Assembly (NCBI RefSeq): GCF_001194135.2
Contig: NC_068981.1
Span: 128,529,642-128,593,641, forward strand
DNA from: Octopus bimaculoides
Lineage: Eukaryota
Reading direction: 5' to 3'
DNA length: 64,000 nucleotides
Shown here: one piece after another, positions 12,529-24,400 of the stretch
Layout: each line of letters begins with the position of its first letter
How positions within the stretch are numbered: the stretch's first letter is position 1
Program-made: the position numbers and the translations under genes
The notes under the pieces: generated by a model
What the model was told of the DNA's origin: nothing
Seen by the model: the letters and a program-made list of their open reading frames with translations, nothing else
Database searches by the model: none

Positions 12529-12844
12529 ATTTATGAAAGCAATTGACAGGGAGAATAAACTTACAGTTAGAGATTTCTGGAAGAAATTTAACATAGTGGA
12601 TGCTGTGGAAAAAAGCTGAGTCATGAGATGAAGTGAAACCTTCAATTTTGAATAGTGCTTAGAAAAGCATATGACTATACCGTATACATAACATTACAAA
12701 TTTCCTCAAGCAGAAAGTCTACATCAAATTCAGAAAGATACTGTGACACTTTCAAAGGATGTAGTATTTCGAGGTATCATAGAGGATAATGTTGTAGTGA
12801 ACTCTAGTGAACGTCCTCTCTCTATTATATATACATACATACGA

Positions 12845-13760
12845 ATGTAGCAGGTAACATCTAACCTTTGGGTGCTGTTTTAGACCCTATTGTGTCTATC
12901 ACTCTGAGTGGTTGGTACTGGCGCAAATTGTCTCTTACTCTATCATGCGCCAATATGCATTCCAAACAATCGCAGCCTCCAAATGAATCATGTGAGACAG
13001 TCTGTTCCAAACTCTATTTGAGCCTACCATACATACTAGCTATAAAAACTCACCTCCTTCTAGTCTCCAGGTCTGTTGGTCCCAAACCTTCAAAGGTCTA
13101 ACCACTGACCACATTACAGCAACTTCCATCTTCGTCACAGCCATCATGTCTGTCACCAATGTCATCAACAACATCTCTACACAGCACCAACACACTGCAC
13201 AGGTTCTAATATATCACTGTTCAAGAGTTCCTCACCAGGGTTAAAAGCAAGCATACAACACACGCAGATGCATGTAGATATATGAATAAATGTCCATCAA
13301 CCACTTCCATGAAACATTTCATCAGGACCAAGGGACCTCCAGTTTTTTCTTGACCGCGCCGTTTGTCTCCAGAGAAACTCCAGATCACCCGGGCTGAATT
13401 TGAGCGCATGCTCCAGCTGGGCCTCATTCGTTCCTTCCACGAGCCCCTGGGGAGCACCTTTACACATGGCCAGGAAGAATGACTCTGATTTCTGATCAGT
13501 TGAAGATTTTAGATGTCTTAACACTGTCACTGTCACAAATTGCTATTCCCTTTCAAATGTGCAGGATTTTTCATCTGCTCTGCACAGCTGCAAGGTTTTT
13601 TCTAAAATCAACTTGGTACACATGTATCATCGAATTCCTGTCAACCCCGACGACATTCCAAAGACAGCTGTCACCACGCCTTTTGGAGCATTTGAATTCT
13701 TGTCTATAGCGTTTGGACATTCTTTTCCTGCATCAGGACATGAGACTGTGAAGACGTAAA
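12845..13760 (+). mobile_element. Gypsy pol fragment (protease-RT linker and RT N-terminus)
   Basis: GPPVF..PRRLSPEKLQITRAEFERMLQLGLIR and QDFSSALHSCKVFSKINLVHMYHRIPVNPDDIPKTAVTTPFGAFEF, with frameshifts. Confidence 0.85.
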
Positions 13761-14729
13761 CTAACTGTCCCTCGCTCACACCACATGCCAGTAGCAGATA
13801 GGAGCTAATCCACAGAAGACCATGACTTCCACACATCAAAGCATTCAGTTATTATCCAGCTTATATATATACTTGTGGCCACATTAAAAGTATATAAAAG
13901 TCACAGCCTTGTTTATGTATTCTTTATACTGGGTTTCCTGTCAAATGATATTACAGCCTTCTGAGTCAAGTCACATTAGATGGAATACAACCTATCCATC
14001 TAAAATGTAATTAAGTTGCTAGTGTCCCAGAGAGAAAGATTATCTAACGAAGAGCTGATGCTTTTATGAAAAGTGGCTGCAAAAATTATTGCTAAGGGGT
14101 CAGCACTTATACAGGAAGGTCTGCAGGTTTTTGCTGATAATGATCCCAATCATGAACATAACATAAAAATTACAAGAGGTGTTTATGTTGAGCTCAATTA
14201 CTATTACTATACCGAGCTGTTGAAAGAGATGAAGTGTCATAAGCAACAAACAACTTTGGATAAGTTCTTCATCCCTCAAGCTGATGAGATAATAAATATT
14301 GGTAATAAATATCGTCTTTCATGCTCCTGATAACGCTCATTCCACCACCACCACCCCTCACACAGTAGTCAACATCTTTTGTGGTAAGAATGTACTTTAA
14401 TGATATTATGATTCTTATTAATTACCTCCACCCAAAGAAGGAGGTTATGTTTCCCTAATATTCCTCTTGAAATGTTTTTGTATATTTATGTATCTATATT
14501 CTACCATGTGTGTTTAGAAATTGTTATTTCATGTATAAAAATTATCGTGTTGCATGTTCTGTTGCTTCTTTGTGCTTCTTTTTTACTTTTTCTTTTTTTT
14601 TGAAAATGTTATCTCACTTGATAATATGAAAACGAATAGGAAAATTTATTTCATTCTACAGCCAGATTTTCAGAAACACATTACTTCTATAAAGCAAGGG
14701 ATTCCTCTGTGTCTGTGTGTGTGTGTGTG

Positions 14730-14990
14730 TATGTGTCATCATCATCGTTTAACGTCCGCTTTCCATGCTAGCATGGGTTGGACGATTTGACTGAGGACTG
14801 GCAAACCAGATGGCTGCACCAGGCTCCAATCTGATCTGGCAGAGTTTCTACAGCTGGATGCCCTTCCTAACACCAACCACTCAGAGAGTGTAGTGGGTGC
14901 TTTTACGGGCCACCGGCACGAGGGCCAGTCTGGCGGTACTGGCAACGGTCACGCTCAAAAGGTATCTTTTATGTGTCACCTGCACAGGAG
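14730..14990 (-). mobile_element. RTE LINE 3' tail copy
   Basis: catcatcatcgtttaacgtccgctttccatgctagcatgggttggacg..., matching the RTE 3' UTR at 61289-61597. Confidence 0.85.
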
Positions 14991-15114
14991 GTGACACCTT
15001 ATACTGACCATATTACAGCGACTTCCATCTTCGTCGCCACTATCATGTCTCTCACCAACGTCATCAACAACATCTCTACACAGCACCAACACGCTACACA
15101 GGTTCTAATAAGTT

Positions 15115-15410
15115 GGATTCTCCCATCAAAGATGATGTATGTGTGTTCAGCTTTTTTGCCAAACGACCTGTACAGATGATTTGTTTATAGTGATCGAATG
15201 TATGTGCTGTTCATAAGCTCGCTCCCTCCATCAAATCAATGTTGCCTGAAGATGTGCATAGTGTGTCATACATCAAGTGTCGAAGTGATCGCAGAACAAT
15301 GTGAGATGAAGTGTTTTGCTAAGAACACAGCACACCACTCATTCTAGGAACTGAAACCATGATCTCACGATCATAAGTACAACACCCTAGCCACTAGGCC
15401 ATGCTTCACA
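15115..15410 (-). mobile_element. tRNA-derived SINE
   Basis: Minus-strand head gcatggcctagtggctagggtgttg...catggtttcagttcct (A/B-box-like), then a tgtgttcttagcaaaacact core. Confidence 0.55.
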
Positions 15411-15517
15411 TAAAACATTGTTTCTAAGAAAAGGAGGAATGGGTATAAAATGTTTACTTGTTCAGTGAAGGAAGCATGCAAGTAAATATTGGTGTAAATG
15501 TGACCATTATTACATAC

Positions 15518-15555
15518 ATTTACTTCAAAGCCACAATCATTCCCATTTAGCTTAG
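15518..15555 (-). CDS. Possible further exon (38 nt, phase 1-0)
   Basis: cattttttag|CT...AAT|gtatgt. Reads (A)KLNGNDCGFEVN and is phase-compatible; short, could be chance. Confidence 0.3.
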
Positions 15556-15624
15556 CTAAAAAATGCTTCAAGCCATTTCTGCTTGCCATGTCATACATGA
15601 CACAAATGAAGTTTGACCTCATTA

Positions 15625-15836
15625 AACTGTTACCATTTAGACTGGCCATATCTGGCCTGAATGGTCTGTTTTATGTTCAAACTGGCCTGATCCAACCTCT
15701 CATACCAACCCTACAATGTCATTCTGAAAATAAACATCAAAATCTTGAAGCAATGAGATAATGCAATATAAATTCAAAACAATGTGAATAAATAAGCATT
15801 ACATTTGACAGAATAATCTGATTACTAAAGGGCTGA
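15625..15836. mobile_element. TTAACCC-ended MITE (piggyBac-like); copies also at 17044-17270, 40942-41162, 48775-49184, 50406-50634 and 63182-63405
   Basis: Six copies of about 215 bp with TIR ttaaccctttagcatt / aatgctaaagggttaa and shared core aacaatgtgaataaataagcattacatttgacagaataatctgaat. Confidence 0.8.
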
Positions 15837-16643
15837 ATATGCAGTGGTTCTTTCATTACAATATACATCATCTAAAAAAATTTTAAATAACAAAAATCAA
15901 AACACAAGCTGTTTTTTTTTTTTTAGCCATATATAATCATGGTTTCATTTTTTCATTCAGTGTAGCCTGCAAGCATTTTCAATCCAGCCTCTCTCTAAAT
16001 ACATTTGCCAAAACAATGTGATGACAAGCAACTGCCTTGACCCACTAGTCTAAGCAGTTGCTCGACTTTCATTTTTTTAATTTTGTTTTGTTTATGTTTG
16101 TATTATGTCAACATCATCATCATCATCACCATCATCAATTAATGTCCATTTTCCATGCTGGCATGGGTTTGGATGGTTTGACAGGAGCTGGCAAGCCAGA
16201 GAACTGTGCCAGACTGTTGTTTATTTTGGTATGGTTTCTATGACTGATTGCCTTTCCTAACACCAACCTTTCTGCAAAGTGTATTGGGTGATTTTTATGT
16301 GACACCACCACTGGTGCTTTTTGTGTGGCACTAGCACCAGTGGGGTTGCCCTGTAACTTGCAATGAGAATATTGCAACATTCCTTTCCTCACTTTTGTTA
16401 CCATTTAACAACATTACTTGACTGCATGTTTGGTTCACTTATTCCAAAAATATTTTTTCTTAGATAATTATTTACATTTAAAATATATAATGGCATACAA
16501 TCAGGGGTGGGGGAAGAGAGAAATGAATAAGACACCCTAAGATTATAGTTCCTAAATTTTAGAATACTGCTAGCAATATTTTCCAAACATATTATGAATG
16601 TGATAGTTGCATTTATATATTTTAATTTATGTACTAAACTTAC

Positions 16644-16691
16644 CTGCAAGCCAGATTATTTGTTGTAACACATCAACATTACTTGAAGTAA
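16644..16691 (-). CDS. Exon of the same putative gene (48 nt, phase 1-1)
   Basis: ttttttcatccattag|TT...GCAG|gtaagt. The only open frame is (V)TSSNVDVLQQIIWLA, phase-compatible with the 20.5-kb exon. Confidence 0.55.
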
Positions 16692-17329
16692 CTAATGGAT
16701 GAAAAAATTTTAAAAGCTGGCAAATAGTGCAGAATCCCATAATTCATTGTGTTGCCAGAGCAACAGTGAAGACTTTATCTTCATCTACTGTATCTCAAAC
16801 AAGTCAACATGACTGAGATCATTCCATGTCATACTTACAGGAAAAGGTTAATCTGGTCCATGAAATGGATGATAAACTCATCGACTTTATAGTATTCCTG
16901 TGTTTACTGCAAAGATGTATTCCCCCTGTGATACTTATTTACTAATAAAATAGTCAAGATCATAAATGTAAAGTGTCTTAACTATGTACATAGTGCAGTG
17001 AGAATGATATATGGCATGCCATGTAATTTTAACCCTTGATAATTTTAACCCTTTAGCTTTTAAACTGGCCATAGCCAACACAAATATTCTACCTGTTTTA
17101 TGTTTAAACTAGCCTGATCCAGCATCTCTCTCCTACCTACAATGTCATTCTAAAAATAAGCAATCACATCATTAAAGTCTTAAAGTTATGAAACCATGCA
17201 TGATTAATTCAAAATAATGTGAATAAATAAGCATTACATTTGACAGAATAATCTGAATGCTGAAGATTTAAAGTAATTCCCATTACTTTTAGAACTGGAA
17301 CTAAACAAGTTTTAAATTGTTTCAAATTG

Positions 17330-18170
17330 TTCCAATATGTTATGATTTCCAATATGCATTCAGCATTTTTTTACACAAATTGATAGTATGATAGCCACAT
17401 AGGGAACAAATAACTATTGAACACAGCTGTAATACTTTTACTTGGACACCATTGTACTTCCTTGCTGTTATTACCATTGCTATGTGCTTATGCTCTGCAA
17501 TTACTTTGGGGAATGGCATGATCTTCCAAAGTGTTCATGATTAACTGACCTATCTCTTCCCTTTGTTTATTACTGCATTCTTGAACTTAAAAAATCTTGT
17601 ATTAATTTACCACAACAGAAATTTTGCCTGTTCAACACATGAAGAGTTAAGGATTGCAGCCAAAATAACTGTCTGTGAAATATTTTGAAGATCTCCTTTC
17701 CAGTAAAATATACTCTTTCACAAGATTAGAACATTCTGAGTTAAATTCGTTCTGTGACCCATAAAATAAGTTATGAACTTAAAGGCATTCACATTTCTCT
17801 TGGTATTCTTTATCTATAGCACATGCTCTTGGAAAGTAGGATCTTAAATTGAAAGCAGTTCTATCAGATCAAACAAGTTCTCATTGTTTGATTCACTATT
17901 CACTGTGATGATCTGTCAAATGCTAAACCAGGTTTCCCCTCCAAAAAAGAACAAAATCAATCATGTACTTCAAAAAATTGCACCATCTCATATCTTCAGT
18001 TTGGATTGTTGCTTCTAATAACGAGTCAACTCCTTTCCCAGTCTTTGAAATATTCTCCAAGCTATATAATTTGGATCTTTTATTTGCTGAAAATATGTAG
18101 TACAAAGTTTCATAACTCCTCAAGGTGGAGTGGCTAATAGTGTTTTTTTTAGCTTGTATTTCCATCATTC
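17330..18170 (-). pseudogene. hAT (ZMYM1-like) transposase remnant
   Basis: Across frames: NNENLFDLIELLS.*DPTFQEHV, VILAAILNSSCVEQAKFLL and KYNGVQVKVLQLC...CGYHTINL; many stops. Confidence 0.7.
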
Positions 18171-20517
18171 ATTACTGAATAAAGTTTCTTGTAACTCTTT
18201 TGACAAAGGGTGCTAAAGCTAAATTAATTTGCCATTTCAAATGGCAAATTAGAAGTCAAATTAAATGATAAGGAAGCAAACACATTTTGGCAGTATACAA
18301 TTTGTTTCATATGAATATTATTTATTGCTAAAAAAATTATCATTTATGGTGGCACTACTGGAGTGGCGAGCATTAGGAAAGGCACCCAGCCATAGAAACC
18401 ATGCCAAATCAGACTGGAATTTGGTGCAGCTCTCCAGCTTACCAGTTTCAGTCAAGCTGTCTAACCCCTACTAGCATAGAAAGCAGACACTAAATGATGA
18501 TGATGATAATGATTATAAGGACTTTTGGCAGTTGCTGATATAAGAGGGATTGTCTTTAAAAAAATGAATTATTTGATGTTTATAGGAAAATTACATCAGA
18601 GTTAAGCACATTAGTTCTCATTTGCTTATAACAGTTAATTTATAAATTGTTAATGAGTAATTAACAATTCATCACGCAAATCCAGACCAATAATATTCTA
18701 GATTAGATTCATGTTTTTGCTCAATATAACTTAACTTTACAAAATACTTTCTCTTTACTATCACTGTTATTGGAACAATTTCATGATCTACCAATTTACT
18801 GTCGTGACATATCATTTGCATACTATATTTAACTTAAAACTTTTGTCCTTCTGTAACTTGGGCCAAGACTTCATAAATATGTTCAATTTAGATTTGTGTT
18901 TGCTCAACTATTATCAATCATAATTTGTTACAGTAGATTTACACATGTTTGTTAGTACACAGTTGGACCATTTGCATACAGCTTTATAACTCTTTTATTA
19001 TAGAAACACCTGAAATGACTTTTCCAATCTTTGTTAAACTGTCTGTTGTTTTTAGCATTCCACTTTCCCATGATAAGAGGCTGTTAATAAGATTAGGTAA
19101 AAGTTTCCTACCAAATAAAAAATAGTTAGTTTCCTATTATGATCCATGAATATATTATTGAGTGAACTTAATATCTATGATGAATTTATCATCTTTTGTG
19201 GGTGTGCAAGCACTTGCCCAGCATACCCAGAATACACACCTCTATAATGCAGAAAATGATGGTGTTAAATGTTAGCACAGATAATCACTCAGATTGTATG
19301 GTTTACCTCACTGTATTGTTTAACAAGCATTCAGTTTTTCATTGCAGTTTAAAGAGTTTCAATGGGCAAAGATTAGATGTCAAAACTGCAAAAAAAACAA
19401 AAAGGAATTTATTTATTCTTCTTACATATTGAGTCTTTTATACAGTTATTTGTTTAATGTGGTTGTTGATAGGAAGTGTATCTCACCATAGAAAACATGT
19501 CCAAAGGAACATATGCAGGAGATGAACTTTGAAAGCTGCACTGCTAGTTACCAGTCTAGAAGGATAGTAACTTTAAATAAAAACTGATACCAGACAGAAA
19601 TGACTCATACTTTTCTTCACATGGAACAACCTATTTAGTGCTACAGTAAGACATACATAATGCTTTACTTGACCAGATGTTCTTTAGCTCCAGATCAACC
19701 CTGACTATCTGACTGAACTTGCAATTAAATGCATTCCAGCCATAACCAGCCTGTCTTTTTAGGAGTATGTCAGACTACATTGTGACCAATGTGTTCTTTC
19801 ATTTCCTTATGTTGTACAGGATGATTCTAGTAGAATGAGCAACCACTTATAGAATTCCTTCCAAGCCAATTTTCTCTTACTGTATATGCAAGATGATGTG
19901 GACTGTGATGTCACTCAGCCCATGGCAGCATGGGAAAATGAATATAAACTTTTGATGATACTGTGTCTTGATAATCCAACTCATGCCAGCATAGAAAAAT
20001 GGACATAAGTGCAACAATAAAAATGGACATAGTGCAGCAATAAAAATGGCAAGTAAATTATGCTTATAGCAAACCCACATATACAAAATCACAAAAAATT
20101 GCATCATAAAGACTAGGATTTCTCTCTAGGGAATACTTCAGGCCTGATCATTTGCTCAACTTCTAGAAAGCTCAAGTATGAACCATATTGGAGTACTGCA
20201 TGTATATATGGTATGATGGTGATGCTGCAACCACATTCTCAAGCAATCAAAAGGTCATCCTTCTATTTGACAATGATTCACACCTTAACATGCTGACAAA
20301 TGTCTAGTTTCCTTTCTTTGCTTGTTTTATTGATATTACAATAGCTTCAACTCTTCTGAGCTAACTAACTGCATGTTCTTTCTATCCAGATACACCCAAC
20401 CCCTTGAGTTTTACTCTTTCTCTCACTCTTATGGTGCCTGTGTTTCATTTTCTATATTCTAAACTAAAATCTTTGTTCAATTCTTTCCTAAGACAGCAAA
20501 CATTTGGAATTTCTTAC

Positions 20518-20618
20518 CTGACCATTCTTTCTGCAAATATTGACCTCCAAAATGTTTTACATCAACTACATTGATCTCACCAATCTGTGATGAACACTTA
20601 CTGTCCTTATTCATTTGG
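20518..20618 (-). CDS. Exon of an unidentified minus-strand gene (101 nt, phase 2-1)
   Basis: tttttttgctag|C...TCAG|gtaaga. Open frame QMNKDSKCSSQIGEINVVDVKHFGGQYLQKEWS in non-repeat sequence. Confidence 0.6.
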
Positions 20619-21645
20619 CTAGCAAAAAAAAATATTTTATAACAGAAATGGAGACAGACAGGTTGCATTTTTATAAAAGAAATACGTTCAGATGTATTGT
20701 GGACTGAAAGTAAATGGAGGAACAGAGAAAAGAGAATGAGTATATATGAGACAAAATGATAAGTTGATCAAATAAGTAAATGACTGGTTTGAATCACTGG
20801 ACTGTAGTCAAGAAGGTGAATCACTTTCAAGATTTTCCACTTGATCATATTGATCCTAATACTTTTTTCACCTGGTACTTATTTTATTAATCAATATCAT
20901 ATTGCTAAGTTACATATTTGAACACAAAACCATTTTTTATCATGATAATTGTAAACACAAGACATGGATACAGATGTAGACACATGCTTGTAAATAGATG
21001 CAAAGTCTAAATCTTCTTTTCAGTCTCATGTGTTTACACTAACCATACAACTTTGTTTTGCAAAGCACTTATAGCAAATCATTATAAAGATCTAATATTG
21101 TTGCTAAGCAAAAACCTTCCTGTCCTCAGCTAGCAATAGAAACAGTCATTTGTGAGAATTCAAGAACAATAGATACAAGAAGTGGTAAAGCTAAACCAAT
21201 CTTTAGTGCCGTGATTGAGGGTTGGTTTTTGTCTTCTTTGCAATAACGAACTGCTTATTCCAGCTGCCTCAAACATTATGGCTGTTTTGTTTGCTTTGTG
21301 CATTCCTTAACATATAAGTGAATGATAGAATAAATAAATAGACAAATTAAACAGTCAGCATTCTCTCAATAACTACAGACATTATTGTGCCTATTATGAT
21401 TGTGATGGTCATGGTAATAATTATGAAAGTGAAGAGGGTGAAAATAATGACAACAACAATGATATTGGTAACCATCAAGAGAAAGAAGATGATGATGAGA
21501 ATAGCAATGATAATAATGATAGCATCAGTGGAAGTAGACGATATTGGTGATGATGTTTTAAATGCATGATTTTAAAGTAGATAGATGTGTTGATGATGGC
21601 AGTAATATTAGGGATGCTGGAAGTGATGATAATGACGATCATCAA

Positions 21646-21729
21646 GGTGCTGGTGCTGGTGCTGGTGCTGGTGGTGCTGGTGCTGGTGCTGGTGGTGCTG
21701 GTGCTGGTGGTGCTGGTGCTGGTGCTGGT
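21646..21729 (+). repeat. (GGTGCT/GGT)n repeat inside a GAT/CAT-rich low-complexity tract (21361-21912)
   Basis: Visible hexamer/trimer tandem array. Confidence 0.9.
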
Positions 21730-21899
21730 ATGATGATAGTGAAGGAGGAGGATGGTAATGATAACAGCAACAACATTGATTATATGTTATTTTATTTATT
21801 GCAATGGCCAAAAATGATATGGTAAATATGCTGAAGTTAGTCAGTCTGTAGTTATGGTCAGTGGTGACAGTGATGGTAATGGTGATGGCAATAATTGTC

Positions 21900-22445
21900 A
21901 TCATCATCATCATTTACCATCCACTTTTTGTGCTAGCATGGGTTAGATGGTTTGACAGGGACTGGTAAGCCAGAGAGCTGTACCAAGCCCCTGTCTGATT
22001 TGGCTTGGTTTCTATGGCTGGATGCCTTTCCTAATACCATTTACTCCAAGAGTGTAGTGGGTGTCTTTTTATGTGTCACCGGCACAGGTGCCTTTTATGT
22101 GTCACTGGCACAGGTGCCTTTTACTTATCATCAGCACTGGCCATGACTTGACTTGACGTGTCTTCTCAAGCACAACAAATCACCAAAGGTCTCAATCACT
22201 TGTCATCGCTTCCATGAGAATGGAAGATCATGCTTCACCACTTCATTTCATGGCTTCTTGGGTCTACCTCTTCCCCAGGTTCCCTCCACAGTTAGAGATT
22301 GGCATCTCTTTATGCAGCTGTCCTTGTCCAAATGCATCATATGACCATACTGGTACAGTTTTCTCTCTTGCACACCACGTCTGTTGCCTCTTATGCCCAA
22401 TTTTTCTCTCAAGATGCTTGCATTCTGTCATATGTGCACACTGAC
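21900..22445 (-). mobile_element. Old RTE LINE 3' fragment (ORF end and UTR)
   Basis: Similar to 36885-37340 and 60940-61264 (CHTL.VEG..GRGRP.K.W), degenerate. Confidence 0.75.
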
Positions 22446-22769
22446 ATTGCACATCTAGCAAAGATGGCAATAATAATAGTGACAAAGAGGATAATGATAC
22501 CAAGAGAAACAATGCAGACAATTGGTGTGCTGCCAGTGGTAGAAATAGTATCTCTGTTATTGTTTATCATGATAATGATAACAGAATCACTTTATCCCGC
22601 TGTTTCTCATAACCCAGCCTTCAGTGGTGACGTAATAAGTTAGTGAGTTTTAACTTACCTTCCTATGTTGGTAAAATAAAACACTAGTCAAGTAGTGAAG
22701 TTGATTTGATCCCCCATCCCCAAATTTCAGACCCTGTGCCTATTTTAGAAACAATAATTATGATGGTGG

Positions 22770-23580
22770 ATTGGCAGAACTGTCAAGGTATTGCTAAAAA
22801 TGCCTTGAAGTATTTGTTTCAACTCTTTACATTCTGGGTTTGAATTCTGCCAAAATCAACTTTGCCTTTCTTCATTCTGGGATCAATAAAATACAGTACC
22901 AGTTAAATACTGGATTGATGTAATCAACTAATCCCTCTTCTCCTAATTTGTGGTCTTGTGCTTATGTTAAAAAGTTATTATTATTACTGATAATATATGC
23001 TTAGCAGCATTTCATACATCTTTACACTGTGAATTCAAATTCCACCGAGGTCGACTTCACATTTCTTCCTATCAGGGTTGATAAAATAAGTACTAGTTGA
23101 ACACTGGGTACATGTAATTGACTAGCTCCCTCCCACCAAATTTCAGGCCTTGTGTCAAAATTAGAAAGGATTATCATGATATTATTATGATATTGGTTCA
23201 TGATATTGGTTTAGCAAAATTGTTAGAGCTTCTGAAACAATACCTTATAGTATTTTTTCCCACATTTTATGCTCTAAGTTCAAATTCAGCTGATGTTAGC
23301 TTTGCTTTTCAAAGTTTTGGGGTCAGGAAAATAAAGTACCAATCAAATACTGGAGCTAGTGGTATCAACTTACTCCTTTCCCTCAAAATTGTGACTTTTG
23401 TGCCTAAATCAAAACCATTTAAGAGCATCAGACAAATGACTTATAATATTTGTTCTTACTCTTTACAAACCCCTTCTTAAATCCCACTAAGGTCAACTTT
23501 GCCTTTCATCTCCCAGAGGTCAATTAAATAAAAAAAACAGTTAAGGACTGAGGTTGACTAACTTTTTCCCTTAAAAATTT
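22770..23580 (+). mobile_element. Cluster of 4-5 co-oriented tRNA-derived SINEs (gcctttcatcct..ggggtcgataaa core, Deu/Nin-like)
   Basis: Repeated ctgagttcaaattc...gtcaactttgcctttcatc...aataaaataagtaccag...aaatttcaggccttgtg. Further copies at 25135-25733, 30965-31150, 40795-40925, 57225-57430 and 59705-59910. Confidence 0.75.
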
Positions 23581-23759
23581 CGCAATTCTACACTCACATC
23601 ATTTGGCTGGTTTAGAGGCAAAAAACTCCCTGTGCCCATTTTGTCAACTGTTTCCAAGCAAGGTAATATTTCCCGATGGTCAAACATGTTCTCACAGAAT
23701 ATTGGAAAGGAATGCTTGTATGACAATTATTTTACAACTATTACACAATGTCAAGACAA

Positions 23760-23975
23760 AGTGACAAAAACACGCACACAAACACAACACACATACATAC
23801 TCCTATGACTACCATCATTGTCGTTATTATTATTATTATTATCATTTGAAGAAAAAGATTTTTTTTTAAATGGGATTAAAACACAAACACACATACATAC
23901 TCCTATGACCACCGTTATCATCATTATTATCATTATCATTTGAAGAAAAGAATTTTTTAAAACAAAAAGATTAAA
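23760..23975 (+). repeat. Tandem duplication (about 105 bp x2)
   Basis: cacacatacatactcctatgac...atcatttgaagaaaa occurs twice. Confidence 0.8.
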
Positions 23976-23994
23976 AATAAAAGAAGCTGCATCT

Positions 23995-24400
23995 ATTTAT
24001 TTTATTTGAGTCCAGGTATTGATTTTGCAAAGAAGTTACAATGGGGACAATTGTGATTTTGATTTTGTCTGGGATTGGACAAATGTGTCTGTTGATTGCA
24101 GGATATAATTCTTTTATTGTTCTGTTGCTTCAACTCAAATTGTTTAGATGCATCATAACACATTTTATGTCGCTCAGATCAATCTAGGCAATAACTTCCC
24201 CAAGGTGCTAAATTAAGCTGCAGATTTTTGTGATTTGACCATACAAAAGAATTTTTATGGAATCTGATCATCTTGCATTTGAACAGCATATCCTGCTCAT
24301 CTGCACTAAATTCACAACAGCATGCTTCCGATACTGGAGATATCACATTTTTCTAAGATTTTAACAACTGATATCTTATTTTGCTATTTAATGTTGCAGA
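23995..24400 (-). mobile_element. Ancient RTE/BovB-like LINE 3' fragment
   Basis: Degraded ILEKCDISSI..ML, MQDDQIP*KFFYGQ and a terminal CPHC..AKS..GL motif. Confidence 0.45.

Larger units (their letters stand above)
8143..14709 (+). mobile_element. Tigger/pogo (CENP-B-like DDE) transposon, decayed and interrupted by nested insertions
   Basis: TIR-like ends cagcaatcccctgctttat / ataaagcaagggattcctctg. Transposase pieces: HTH 9194-9390; KGWFERFKK, IDETALFWK, LLLDTAPSHP, MDQGVIANF (10440-11285); FWKKFNI (12530-12800); QTTLDKFF (about 14030-14270). Confidence 0.85.

Noticed and set aside
16839-16897. Exon-like EYYKVDEFIIHFMDQINLF (minus) with gtaagt donor
   Set aside because: Weak acceptor, and the end phase is incompatible with the 16644-16691 exon.
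21150-21305. Minus-strand open frame MHKANKTAIMFEAAG...
   Set aside because: It needs an AAG acceptor and a GTTTAG donor; too weak.
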